From IMG/VR virus record IMGVR_UViG_3300021376_000010: DNA of 64,000 nt, one strand, 5' to 3'. Position 1 is the stretch's first letter. Each line of letters starts with the position of its first letter. The stretch is from a virus. The notes below the pieces were generated by a model that worked only from the letters and a program-made list of their open reading frames with translations, ran no database searches and was not told where the DNA came from. This document shows positions 16,869 through 26,809 of the stretch, piece after piece. The translations under genes were made by a program, and so were the position numbers.

Positions 16869-19800
16869 TCAAGAAGTAGCAACCCAATAGGTAAATGGTC
16901 TGCTCTTAATCAATGTGCCATCAACGTATGCTTTTACTGCTGCTTGTGTAGGAACTTTTTCGTTGCTATTTTGGGAAAGTGTAACATCAGTAGAGAATTC
17001 ATTAATTTGAGCTCCCAACTGAGCACCAATAGAACCAAGTCTCAAGGATGTTAGACCAGAAAGGTCGAATGCAGATGCGTTCAATGTTGCTGCACCTGTT
17101 GCCTGGTTAACACGGAAGTACTTACCTACACGGAAGTTACCATTTTGGTCAGTAGAAACATAGTAAACACGACCAGGATAATCTTCTGTTACTTCTTTAG
17201 ATGGAATTGGATCTACGGTTGGTACACCAGGCCAATTGGTTGTTGATGTTCCACCAGTACCAATCTGCAAGAAGTCGTGACCAGTCAATCTAACTTGTGA
17301 ATACAAGTATCTAATTCTGAATGATTGCTCATCAAAAGTTTTATTTGCTTTTTCTTCTGCAAGAATCAATGTAGTTCTTCCTGTAGTATCAATTCCAATG
17401 GAAGTAACTTTCATGAATTCGTTATCAATCTTAATGAAGTTATCAGTTGAGAATCCACTTACGCTATTTACTCTTACAAATGTTTGTACAGGAGTTTGGT
17501 CTTTGATTACCTGAGTTGATGCAATAGTATTTGCAACTCCAATTGCTCGGAATACTGTTCCATTTGAATAACCAGTTGCGATTCCAGCACCTTCTTGTGC
17601 TCTTAAAACTGTCATTGCAATTGAAGAATCCAAGTTCACAATCTTCATTAACTCATTTGCTGGTGTAAGAACAAATCCATTCTGGAAGAATCCAGCAGTT
17701 GAACTTACAACGATTTGTGTATCAGATGTACCGATTGGGGAAGCAACCGTTGCTGTAACATTAGTAAAAGGATAATTTCTAATATTATTATTTGTTCCAA
17801 AATGTTTTGCGGCAGTTGTGTTCAACTGTGCTCTATTTACGTTAACATTTCCTCTTCCATCAGGAGCAAGGAAACTTACATTCTGAATAACATAAGTAAA
17901 TGGATCTGCACCAGTAATAGTTGTTGCAGCAGTTCCAATTGAACCACCATTTCCACTACCTGTTACAAATTCAATACTTCCTCCAGTCTGTAAATTATTT
18001 TGAAGTCCTCTTACAACAATGGTAAATCCGCTTTGTCCTCTATTTGCATCAGTATTATTTGTCAAATATGCTTGAGTTCCAGATGTTTGTCCTGTGATGA
18101 GTTCATTTTGTCTGAAACCTGAACCACTTGGTCCAGAAGTAACAACACTATAATAAAGTGCAGCAATTGATGTTTGAACAGAAGTTAGTTCTCCAACTGC
18201 ACCAGAAGTTGCTCCAATCACTCTCTCTCCCTGAATAAATCCAGGTGCAGTAATTGTCTCAATATTATACTTTAACTGAAGACCTTCTACTGTTCCACTC
18301 AAGAATGCTTCATCGGTGTTATATCCAGAACTTACAATACCATAGTTACCCCATGAACTATTTCCTGCAAGAGAACGAATTCTTCCTCCACGAGTTGAAC
18401 AGTAACTAACATGTGCATAATAAGTAAAGCAGGAAACCATTTCTGCTGCAGCATTATTGGTAACCCAGAAACCAACACCGTTATCATGAATATTTGTCCA
18501 AGAGTCAAAAACGATTGATTTATTAGATCTTTGTGGAGTATTATCGTATTGTTTGTGTACTTTTCCATCGACTACTGCTCCAACACCACCACTTGAAAAC
18601 GCAGAACAGTTAGAAATGTATGGTGATTTTGTAATTGGTGAATTTGGATTCAGTTTTACAAATACACCACGAACTGTTGCATTATTTAAATCTCTATCAC
18701 TAGCAGTAAATGTTACTGGAGTAGATGAAACTGTTTGTGCAGTATCTACTTCTACTTGTGTTGCGCTTATGTAAGTTACAACTTTAGTTCCAACTGTAAT
18801 TCCAGTTCCACTAATGACGGTTCCAACCAAATCTGGTTCCATTTCTGCGGTTGAATTGGTTAAAATTGTCCCAGAAATTGAAGCAGTTGCAGTTTTGAGA
18901 GTACCAGCAGGAACAAATCCCGTCAAACCTTCCATAACAATGTCTTTAAGCATAGTTCTATCACTAAGCATAAACATTGTTGATTGGGAATTTGACAAAG
19001 TTACTGCATTATCTACAGTAATATCAGAGGCACCATTTTCCCAAGTATCAACACCTGATATCCATAAACCACCAGTAAGTGGTTCGATTTCTACTTTTTT
19101 CTGAGAGAAGTTGAAATCTAAAATTCTAGCAGTTTTAGTTCCAGCACCATTAGCAATAGTTGCACCATACTGCATAGCAGTTGATGGGGCAGAGTTTAGA
19201 GTCAATACTTGGTGATTTGCATTACCTGCTGCTGGTACAATTTTTGTAGTTCTTAGGTTATCTCCTACAATGGTTACGTTTGCTGGAACAGTAATTGGAA
19301 GTTGTTCTTCATATGTTCCTGCTTTTACATAAATTGTTGCTGGACCAGTTACAATACCACAAGCATGTTTAATTGTAGCAAAAGCACGGTTAATATTCTT
19401 ACCATCGTTACCGTCACTACCTTCTTCTGCTACATAGAAAACAGGATAAGTTACATTATTTGTTTCCCAAACTGGTACTCCTGCTGGAGAAACAGTCAAT
19501 ACTTTTCCATTAGTTCCAATTGGAAGAGCTGCTGGACCTGCACCAGATTGGTAAATAATATCACCAGTTGCAGAAAGAACGTTAGTTGCAGAACCTTGAG
19601 TTAATGGATTCCAATATGTACCAAGAGCATCTGTGGCAGGGTCATTATTAAAGTTAGTTGATGCTACACTAACATAACTATTGGAATTTCTATAAATTGT
19701 ATCACCTTGTTCATATGTGGTGACAGATGACCAAGCACCTTTCCACTCAAATCCTTTAATAATCAAGTCCCACTTATTAGGTACTTGAACTGGATTGCTG

Positions 19801-20402
19801 GTCATTCCCGCACCAACTTCTTCCTTGGCAACGTAAGAATAACCACCAAAACGAATTACCTCACCTGGTAAGTAAGAGGTAGTAGTGGAATATGCACCAA
19901 TAAAGTCAAATCCAGTGGAAAGAGTATCCCAATCAGAAGTATATGCACTTGGTGCTTTATTAGTATTTAATGTTTTAGAAACATAATTGTTTCCACCATA
20001 TAGAACAACATCTCCTACTTGATATGCTGTTCCTGAGTTCCAAGTTCCTTCGTAATTGAAACCTCCAAAATATGGAGTTAGATAAGAAGAATTGAAATTA
20101 GAGGTTGAAGCAAAAGAGGTAACTACTCTGTATTGAGTGTTACCAAATTTTACTAAATCATTGACCTTGTAAAAAGTTGCTGGTGTCCAGTCACCTCTAT
20201 TTGCAATACCTTCAACGTGCAAAGACCACTTTGCTAGATCCGTTGAATACCAGTTTGTTTCTGATGCTACAGAAGTGTGATTCTGGGTACAGACATAAGT
20301 ATTCGCACCGAACTTAACGATATCATCAATAACATAGTCTGTACTTGTTGTCCAAGCACCTCTCCAGTTAAATTTTAGTCTTCCTAATCTAAAATCAGCC
20401 AT
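16869..20402 (-). CDS. Tail fibre/spike with N-terminal CBM5/12-like repeats and pectin-lyase-like beta-helix
   Basis: Five G.W...T.Y...D.V.(F/Y)G...Y-type repeats; FYVAEEGSDGNDG..AFATIKHA..IYVKAGTYEEQLPI..IVGDNLR; SPYISNCS; C-terminal VPTQAAVKAYVD. Confidence 0.75.
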   Translation of the reverse strand: MADFRLGRLKFNWRGAWTTSTDYVIDDIVKFGANTYVCTQNHTSVASETNWYSTDLAKWSLHVEGIANRGDWTPATFYKVNDLVKFGNTQYRVVTSFASTSNFNSSYLTPYFGGFNYEGTWNSGTAYQVGDVVLYGGNNYVSKTLNTNKAPSAYTSDWDTLSTGFDFIGAYSTTTSYLPGEVIRFGGYSYVAKEEVGAGMTSNPVQVPNKWDLIIKGFEWKGAWSSVTTYEQGDTIYRNSNSYVSVASTNFNNDPATDALGTYWNPLTQGSATNVLSATGDIIYQSGAGPAALPIGTNGKVLTVSPAGVPVWETNNVTYPVFYVAEEGSDGNDGKNINRAFATIKHACGIVTGPATIYVKAGTYEEQLPITVPANVTIVGDNLRTTKIVPAAGNANHQVLTLNSAPSTAMQYGATIANGAGTKTARILDFNFSQKKVEIEPLTGGLWISGVDTWENGASDITVDNAVTLSNSQSTMFMLSDRTMLKDIVMEGLTGFVPAGTLKTATASISGTILTNSTAEMEPDLVGTVISGTGITVGTKVVTYISATQVEVDTAQTVSSTPVTFTASDRDLNNATVRGVFVKLNPNSPITKSPYISNCSAFSSGGVGAVVDGKVHKQYDNTPQRSNKSIVFDSWTNIHDNGVGFWVTNNAAAEMVSCFTYYAHVSYCSTRGGRIRSLAGNSSWGNYGIVSSGYNTDEAFLSGTVEGLQLKYNIETITAPGFIQGERVIGATSGAVGELTSVQTSIAALYYSVVTSGPSGSGFRQNELITGQTSGTQAYLTNNTDANRGQSGFTIVVRGLQNNLQTGGSIEFVTGSGNGGSIGTAATTITGADPFTYVIQNVSFLAPDGRGNVNVNRAQLNTTAAKHFGTNNNIRNYPFTNVTATVASPIGTSDTQIVVSSTAGFFQNGFVLTPANELMKIVNLDSSIAMTVLRAQEGAGIATGYSNGTVFRAIGVANTIASTQVIKDQTPVQTFVRVNSVSGFSTDNFIKIDNEFMKVTSIGIDTTGRTTLILAEEKANKTFDEQSFRIRYLYSQVRLTGHDFLQIGTGGTSTTNWPGVPTVDPIPSKEVTEDYPGRVYYVSTDQNGNFRVGKYFRVNQATGAATLNASAFDLSGLTSLRLGSIGAQLGAQINEFSTDVTLSQNSNEKVPTQAAVKAYVDGTLIKSRPFTYWVATS

Positions 20403-20416
20403 TTTTGTTTAATTCC

Positions 20417-20815
20417 TTACTTAGGTCCTGCGGTATTGTAATCGTATGTGCCACCAACTCTGGCAACAAAGTATCCATCATCATCGATGAAATAAGAAAT
20501 TCTTCGAAAATCAAACCTGAACTGTTGATATTTATCAGCAGGGTGGTTGGTATATGATTTTTCTTCTGTAGTTTCTTCAACGTAATCAATTCCTTCCAAA
20601 AAGTCGGGATATTGACTACCATCTTTTCTGTAAAAATCACCAACTACATTAGAATCAGTTGATCTTACTTGTGTGTAATAAAGCATTCCACTAGAATCTC
20701 TGCGAACAGCATGAATATACCAATCATTTTCTTTTTTTAGAGTAGAAGTATCGTTAAACGAACTGCCTGCACTAGAAGAAGATGATGCCATACTTCCGCT
20801 TAAGAACATTGTCAT
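20417..20815 (-). CDS. Conserved hypothetical tail-associated protein
   Basis: 132 aa, ATGA-coupled to the upstream gene. YQQFRFD..ISYFIDDDGYFVAR. Confidence 0.6.
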   Translation of the reverse strand: MTMFLSGSMASSSSSAGSSFNDTSTLKKENDWYIHAVRRDSSGMLYYTQVRSTDSNVVGDFYRKDGSQYPDFLEGIDYVEETTEEKSYTNHPADKYQQFRFDFRRISYFIDDDGYFVARVGGTYDYNTAGPK

Positions 20816-21261
20816 ACAGAGACCCTCCAGTAAGTACCTTCCCAGATCAATTCGACACTAGCACCAGAAACATCACATACAAGTGGGGCATCAATTAACC
20901 CCGAAGCATTTTTAAATTTCTGATTATTTTGAGTGACTACTATAAGATTATTTATGCTCCATAAAGATTTTGAATCAAACAGGCTGATATAGTCACCCGT
21001 GTTTATTAGGGTTGGCAAAGTAACAGAGTATTCAGAGTTAGAAGTATCTACATGATATTTTGTGTTTGCTTTTAGTGAGGTTGCTGATGAAATTAGTGTG
21101 TATCTTGCTTTTGATACTTCAAATCCCCCTGTAGTTAAACCATCATGTACTCTTATTACACTCTTATCTGTATCAACGGTAACTTCAGCCAAAGCACCAG
21201 TAAACGAAGCATGTTCTTGCTCAGTACCTTTTCTGAGTTGAACTCGTTTTGTATTTGCCAT
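20812..21261 (-). CDS. Tail-fibre adaptor with Mtd/hyaluronidase-like N-terminal anchor
   Basis: VQLRKGT..EH..FTGALAEVTVDTDK..RVHDG.T.GG, followed by a YHVDTS..VTLP..GD domain. Confidence 0.65.
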   Translation of the reverse strand: MANTKRVQLRKGTEQEHASFTGALAEVTVDTDKSVIRVHDGLTTGGFEVSKARYTLISSATSLKANTKYHVDTSNSEYSVTLPTLINTGDYISLFDSKSLWSINNLIVVTQNNQKFKNASGLIDAPLVCDVSGASVELIWEGTYWRVSV

Positions 21262-21283
21262 TTATATAAAGATTGTATATCTT

Positions 21284-21291
21284 TATTTATC
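21284..21291 (-). promoter_or_regulatory. Late promoter variant GATAAATA
   Basis: Overlaps the stop of the 1710-aa gene, ~22 nt upstream of ATG 21261. Confidence 0.55.
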
Positions 21292-24200
21292 AAATTATGT
21301 AAATTCTGATTGGTTTTGGTGAATCAAATTCAATATATCTATTGGTTGATATACCATTAAATTGTGCTTGTGTAATTCCAACATAACCTGCACGACCAAA
21401 CATCTCTTTAGATGCACCAGATAGTCTAAAGAGTATTTGTGTTCTGTCGTAAGGAACAACTCTTGCGATACCTGCAGATTGGAATCCAAATATTCTTCCT
21501 GTTCCAAGATATGCCTCGGTATTCTTCTCGACAGCATTTCCTGTAAACTTGAATAGGTTTGTTGTTGGTGGAGAGAATGTAACAGATTCTGTCTTGCTGA
21601 CGAATGCAAAGAGAGATCCAGTACCAACATAAGTTGCTGGAATTACAGATTCTTTTGCAGAACCCGTAATTCTGAATAGTCCACCAGTTGTGCTGACAAC
21701 TGCAGAAGATTCTGCAGCACCAATAAATCCAAATAGAGAACCAGATCCAGCATAACTCTTGCTCTTTCTTTCTTGAGCAGTTCCAACAAAGTCAAATAGT
21801 GTTGTGGAAATTGCTGGAGTGAAGGATACTCTTTCTGCACCACCACCAAAACCAAATAGTGTTCCAGTAGTAGTCCAGTTTGTATTTCTCTCTGTTTTTG
21901 CTGCTCCACCAAACTTGAATAGTGTAGTTGAAGTTGGAGGTACAACAGTAGAAGATTCCTGAGCACTGACAAAAATGACTTTGCCGTTGATATCGAGAAT
22001 TGAATCTTTGGTACGGAATCGAACAAGACCAGAACCAGTATAAGATTCTGTATTACTTTCTGCCGCAGATCCAGCAAACTTGAATAGTGTTGTTTTTGTT
22101 TCTGCTGAACTAGTTGTTTCTGTCTTGCTGACAAACGTGAAGAGTGAACCAGTACCAACGTGAGTATAAAGATTGCGTACTGTGCCAGAACCAGTAATTC
22201 TGAATAAAGTCTTGAATTCTGGTAGTTTTCTACCAACAGATTCTGCTCCACCAGTGAATCCAAAGATACGTCCAGATCCAATATAAGATTCTGTATTCTT
22301 CTCGATTGCAGAACCAAATATAGTTGTTTTTCCAGATCCAATATGCTTCAGTCTTGCAATTATATTTGCATTTCCAGAGAGTTTTGCCTCTGTTAAACCA
22401 GTATAAGATTCTGTATTTCTCTCTGATGCAGCACCAGTAATTCTGAATAGTGTTCCACTTACTGGTGGTCTGCTTGCTGAAACAGTTACTGAAGAAATTA
22501 AACCAAAGAGTGAACCAGTTCCAATATATGGTCTTGTTCTTGGTGTTTCTGCACTACCATTAATTGAAAGTAGACCTTCTCCAAGATGAACTGGTTTTGT
22601 CTGTGTTCTTGCATTTCCAGCAAGAGTAATAGTACCAGAACCAACTTCTCCGTAAATAAAGAATAGTGTAACAACACCAGTTGCCCTGAATAGAGCACCA
22701 TCTGTTGGTGGAACAATGGTTTTTCTTTCAATTCCAGAGATATAACGTTGCTTACTACGTGCATCAAGTCCAGAAACTCTTTGTCTGAGATTTAATACAC
22801 CGCTTCCAATTTCAGATAGTGAAGATACGACTATAGAAGAACCATTGAGTTTAAATAGTACTCCATCTGAACGCAATCTTCCTACAACAACAGATGTTGC
22901 ACTATCAAATGTAAATATGCGTCCAGAACCAAAGTATGATTCTGTATTCTTCTCGATTGCATTTCCTGCAAACTTGAAGAGTCCTGTTGAAACCTTAGTT
23001 GCTGCAGAAGACTCGGTGGAACTGATAAAGGTAAAGAGTGAACCAGAACCAAAGTATGATTCTGTATTCTTCTCGATTGCATTTCCTGCAAACTTGAAGA
23101 GACCTGTTGCTGATGGAGCATTGGATTTGACTTCTGTTTTGGTTCCAAATGCAAAGAGTGAACCAGAACCAACATAAGATTCTGCATTCTTCTCGATTGC
23201 ATTTCCTGCAAACTTGAAGAGTACTGTTGCAACAAGAGAACTTGTAGTAGATTCTGCCGATCCAGTGAAGGCAAAAATACGTCCAGAACCAATATGTGGT
23301 GCGGGAGTAATTGCTTGTGGAGAAGAACCAAAGAACTTGAAGAGACCTGTTGCTGATGGAGCATTGGATTTGACTTCTGTTTTGGTTCCAAATGCAAAGA
23401 GTGAACCAGAACCAACATAAGATTCTGCATTCTTCTCGACTGCCGCACCAGAAATAGTAAGTTTTCCAGAACCAATTTGTGGTTTTGGAGTAACAGATTC
23501 TCGACCATCAACAATTGCAAAGAGAGAACCAGAACCAACGTGAACTAGACTAAAACCAATAGTTGCAGAACTAATTCTGGTTATTTGTAGGTTTCCACTA
23601 CCATTATATCCAAATAATCTATGTACAGATACTGGTGTTGAGAATACTTTTGCTCGACCAGAACCAACATAAGATTCTGCATTCTTCTCGACTGCCGCAC
23701 CAGAAATAGTAAGTTTTCCAGAACCAATTTGTGGTTTTGGAGTAACAGATTCTTGACCACCAACAATTGCAAAGAGAGAACCAGAACCAACGTGAGATAG
23801 TAAAGCTCTTAATTGTGAAGAACCAAGGAACTTGAATAGTCCTGTTGCTGATGGAATATTTGCTCTTGCTTCTCCAGCACCAGTAAATGCAAATATACGT
23901 CCAGAACCAATATGAGATAGTGATGCTTTAATTGCTGCCTTGTCATCACTAAATCTAAATCTTCCATATGGGAATCTATTTTCAACATCAGTAATGTAAC
24001 CATAATTACGTTTTTGTTGTCCGTAATTTGTTGGTTGTGTAATAAATCCATAATCATCTGGATTATCAACACCAAATTGAGATACAATTTGGTTTCCATA
24101 AGTACTAATTTGGTCATTAGCATAATCAAATATTACATTACTATTGCTGATATTAATTGGAGTTTCTGTTAAGAAACCATAATCAAGGGACTCTAGATTT

Positions 24201-26422
24201 ACTACAGAAGACTCATTATAATCATATGCAACTCTTTCTGCATGACCGACAAATCCAAAGAGTGAACCAGAACCAACATAAGATTCTGCATTCTTCTCTG
24301 TCGCAGCACCAATAAACTTGAATAGTCCTGTTGCTGATGGAATATTTGCTCTTGCTTCTCCAGCACCAGTAAATGCAAATATACGTCCAGAACCAATATG
24401 TGGTGCTGGAGCAAATGCTTGATTTGCAGAACCATTAATTTTGAATAGTTCTGTTGATTCTGGTGGATTTGCTCCAAGTGATTCTGCAGATCCAGTAAAT
24501 GCGAAGATACGTCCAGAACCAACATGGGATAGAGATGCTTTTAGTTCCGCACTTCCACCAAGAACAAATTGACCAGTTCCAACGTGTATTGGTAATACAA
24601 ATATTCTTGAGAAACCAGAAATTGATATTTGTACAGAACCAGAAATAAGTGGTGATTGGGAAACTTGAGTAGATGATTCTAATTTTAGTTTTCCGAATGG
24701 GAAAATATTATCTGTTTCTGTTATAAATCCATAATCAACTTTGTTCCATGGTTTTTGTGGACTTGGAATTTCAGTTATCGTTCCATAGTCATCTTCTAGA
24801 TTTTCAATTCCAAACTGCGATACAATTTGGTTTCCATAAGTACTAATTTGGTCATTAGCATAATCAAATATTACATTACTATTACTAATATTAACTGGAG
24901 AATCAGATATGAATCCATAATCTAACGAATCAATAGTTACTATTGAAGACTCGTTGTAATCATAAGTAACTCTTTCTGCATGACCAACAAATCCAAATAG
25001 TGAACCAGATGCAGAATAAGATTCTACATTCTTCTCGACTGCAGAACCACTGAAAGCAAATAGATTTGTTTCTGGTTTTGTGATGATAACTCTTGAGTAT
25101 CCCGAACCAGTAAATGCAGAAAACTGTCCAGAACCAATATGTGGTGCTGGTGTAACTGTCTCTTTGGCAGAACCATTAATTTTGAATAGTTCTGTTGATT
25201 CTGGTGGATTTGCTCCAAGTGATTCTGCAGATCCAGTAAATGCGAAGATACGCCCAGAACCAACATGGGATAGAGATGCTTTTAGCTCAGAATCACCACT
25301 AATGTTAAATACACCAGAACCAATATGTATTGGTAATACGAATATACGTACAACACCAGATATAGATATTTCCGCAGAACCGAAAATAGATGGTGATTGA
25401 GAAACTGCAGTTAATGATGATAGTTTTAACTGACCAAATGGAAGTCTAGTATCATTATCAGTAATAAATCCATAATTAACTTTGTTCCATGGTTTTTGTG
25501 GACTTGGAATTTCAGTTATCGTTCCATAGTCATCTTCTAAATTAGATACACCAAATTGAGATACAATTTGGTTTCCATAAGTACTAATTTGGTCATTAGC
25601 ATAATCAAATATTACATTACTATTGCTGATATTGATTGGAGAATCAGATATAAATCCATAATCTAATCCTTCTGGTCTTATTACCGAAGACTCATTATAA
25701 TCGTATGTAACTTTCTCTGCATGACCAACAAATCCAAATAGTGAACCAGAACCAACATAAGATTCTGCATTCTTCTCGACTGCAGAACCTATAAACTTGA
25801 ATATATTTGTTTCTGCTTTTGTAATGATAACTCTTGATAATCCTGCACCAGTAAATGTAGAGAAAAGACCAGTTGCAGAATAGTTCCCTCTTGAGAACGC
25901 ATGAAAAGCACCACCAGAAAAGACGATAATACGATTTTTGCTTTCTGATGGTGCGTTAGTTGTTGTATATGTTGAACTACTAAATCCGAATAGTTTTCCA
26001 ATACCATTTTGATTAGCAATTCTGGATTGTTCTGCAGAACCATCTGCTCGAATTCTTCCAGACCCAACGTGTATTGGTAATACAAATATTTTTGCTTTTC
26101 CACTTACGAGGAAAGACAATCCACCAACACTTCTTCTTACTAAAGAAACGTCAGCAAACTCAGTAGATATACTTAGTTTTCCAAATGGTATATTTTGACG
26201 AAGTATTGTTATACTTCCATAATTGAATATTTGCTTCTCACTGGTGATACTATCTGTAATTAAACCAAAATCGTCATAATAACTAACAAATTCTCCAATT
26301 AATCCATAATCTTCACTTTCAAAAAATATAATGGAGCTAGTGTTATACGAAAAAACACCTCTCTCTTCTAACTCGCCAGAAGAAAGAGAAGTGTTTTTTC
26401 CAGTATAACTAAATACTGCCAT
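21290..26422 (-). CDS. Large repetitive Gly/Ser-rich virion protein
   Basis: 1710 aa built from ~20/40-aa units ((Y/H)(V/I)GSG.LF.F..G.A.E) plus three DYG-rich macro-repeats. AAGGAG RBS. Confidence 0.75.
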   Translation of the reverse strand: MAVFSYTGKNTSLSSGELEERGVFSYNTSSIIFFESEDYGLIGEFVSYYDDFGLITDSITSEKQIFNYGSITILRQNIPFGKLSISTEFADVSLVRRSVGGLSFLVSGKAKIFVLPIHVGSGRIRADGSAEQSRIANQNGIGKLFGFSSSTYTTTNAPSESKNRIIVFSGGAFHAFSRGNYSATGLFSTFTGAGLSRVIITKAETNIFKFIGSAVEKNAESYVGSGSLFGFVGHAEKVTYDYNESSVIRPEGLDYGFISDSPINISNSNVIFDYANDQISTYGNQIVSQFGVSNLEDDYGTITEIPSPQKPWNKVNYGFITDNDTRLPFGQLKLSSLTAVSQSPSIFGSAEISISGVVRIFVLPIHIGSGVFNISGDSELKASLSHVGSGRIFAFTGSAESLGANPPESTELFKINGSAKETVTPAPHIGSGQFSAFTGSGYSRVIITKPETNLFAFSGSAVEKNVESYSASGSLFGFVGHAERVTYDYNESSIVTIDSLDYGFISDSPVNISNSNVIFDYANDQISTYGNQIVSQFGIENLEDDYGTITEIPSPQKPWNKVDYGFITETDNIFPFGKLKLESSTQVSQSPLISGSVQISISGFSRIFVLPIHVGTGQFVLGGSAELKASLSHVGSGRIFAFTGSAESLGANPPESTELFKINGSANQAFAPAPHIGSGRIFAFTGAGEARANIPSATGLFKFIGAATEKNAESYVGSGSLFGFVGHAERVAYDYNESSVVNLESLDYGFLTETPINISNSNVIFDYANDQISTYGNQIVSQFGVDNPDDYGFITQPTNYGQQKRNYGYITDVENRFPYGRFRFSDDKAAIKASLSHIGSGRIFAFTGAGEARANIPSATGLFKFLGSSQLRALLSHVGSGSLFAIVGGQESVTPKPQIGSGKLTISGAAVEKNAESYVGSGRAKVFSTPVSVHRLFGYNGSGNLQITRISSATIGFSLVHVGSGSLFAIVDGRESVTPKPQIGSGKLTISGAAVEKNAESYVGSGSLFAFGTKTEVKSNAPSATGLFKFFGSSPQAITPAPHIGSGRIFAFTGSAESTTSSLVATVLFKFAGNAIEKNAESYVGSGSLFAFGTKTEVKSNAPSATGLFKFAGNAIEKNTESYFGSGSLFTFISSTESSAATKVSTGLFKFAGNAIEKNTESYFGSGRIFTFDSATSVVVGRLRSDGVLFKLNGSSIVVSSLSEIGSGVLNLRQRVSGLDARSKQRYISGIERKTIVPPTDGALFRATGVVTLFFIYGEVGSGTITLAGNARTQTKPVHLGEGLLSINGSAETPRTRPYIGTGSLFGLISSVTVSASRPPVSGTLFRITGAASERNTESYTGLTEAKLSGNANIIARLKHIGSGKTTIFGSAIEKNTESYIGSGRIFGFTGGAESVGRKLPEFKTLFRITGSGTVRNLYTHVGTGSLFTFVSKTETTSSAETKTTLFKFAGSAAESNTESYTGSGLVRFRTKDSILDINGKVIFVSAQESSTVVPPTSTTLFKFGGAAKTERNTNWTTTGTLFGFGGGAERVSFTPAISTTLFDFVGTAQERKSKSYAGSGSLFGFIGAAESSAVVSTTGGLFRITGSAKESVIPATYVGTGSLFAFVSKTESVTFSPPTTNLFKFTGNAVEKNTEAYLGTGRIFGFQSAGIARVVPYDRTQILFRLSGASKEMFGRAGYVGITQAQFNGISTNRYIEFDSPKPIRIYII
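22923..25800. repeat. Intragenic hierarchical direct repeats (120-nt units and ~740-nt units)
   Basis: Identical 65-mer at 24081-24145, 24819-24883 and 25560-25624. ~118-nt copies with one mismatch starting 24426 and 25167. 120-nt periodic copies at ~22923, 23043, 23163. Confidence 0.9.
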
Positions 26423-26434
26423 TATGACTCCTTT

Positions 26435-26797
26435 TTAGGTCACTTGAACAGTGCTTAACGTTCCAGTAGTACTAACACTTAATCTCCACCTTGTACCGTT
26501 TGATGCAGTTAGTATTACTCCCTGTGATGTATTTATACCAACTTGTACATCACCCAATACATCCAAAGTTGCTCTTGGTACTGTACTTCCAACTCCAACA
26601 GCAAATCCAGGAGAAACAATTAAATCACTTGCAACTTGTCCATTTATATCTAAGTTTTTACTTAATTGGACAGTATCTGCATTTAAATTAATAAAAGCAG
26701 GAGAATTAATGTCTATTGTTCCATCTGAAGTAACAGATGAGTATCCATTGGTGCTTATTAATTTTAGATTTTTTGTCGTAAAATCGGTATCTGCCAT
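26435..26797 (-). CDS. Small fibre-like virion protein
   Basis: 120 aa, VGVGSTVPRATLDVLGD fibre repeat and GVILTASNGTRWRLSV..G.LST C-terminus. Confidence 0.6.
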   Translation of the reverse strand: MADTDFTTKNLKLISTNGYSSVTSDGTIDINSPAFINLNADTVQLSKNLDINGQVASDLIVSPGFAVGVGSTVPRATLDVLGDVQVGINTSQGVILTASNGTRWRLSVSTTGTLSTVQVT

Positions 26798-26809
26798 TTT
26801 TTTAAATAT

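Noticed and set aside
22923-25800. Repeats as a CRISPR array or DGR template/variable pair
   Set aside because: Repeats are in-frame coding units with no repeat-spacer pattern, no adenine-specific mismatch bias was evident, and no cas or reverse transcriptase gene is in the window.
21295-26103. Long alternative-frame minus-strand ORFs (e.g. 21643..22341, 22882..23538) and plus-strand ORFs inside the 1710-aa gene
   Set aside because: L/Q/V-rich shadow translations produced by the repeats and codon bias of the main gene; no RBS or independent motifs.
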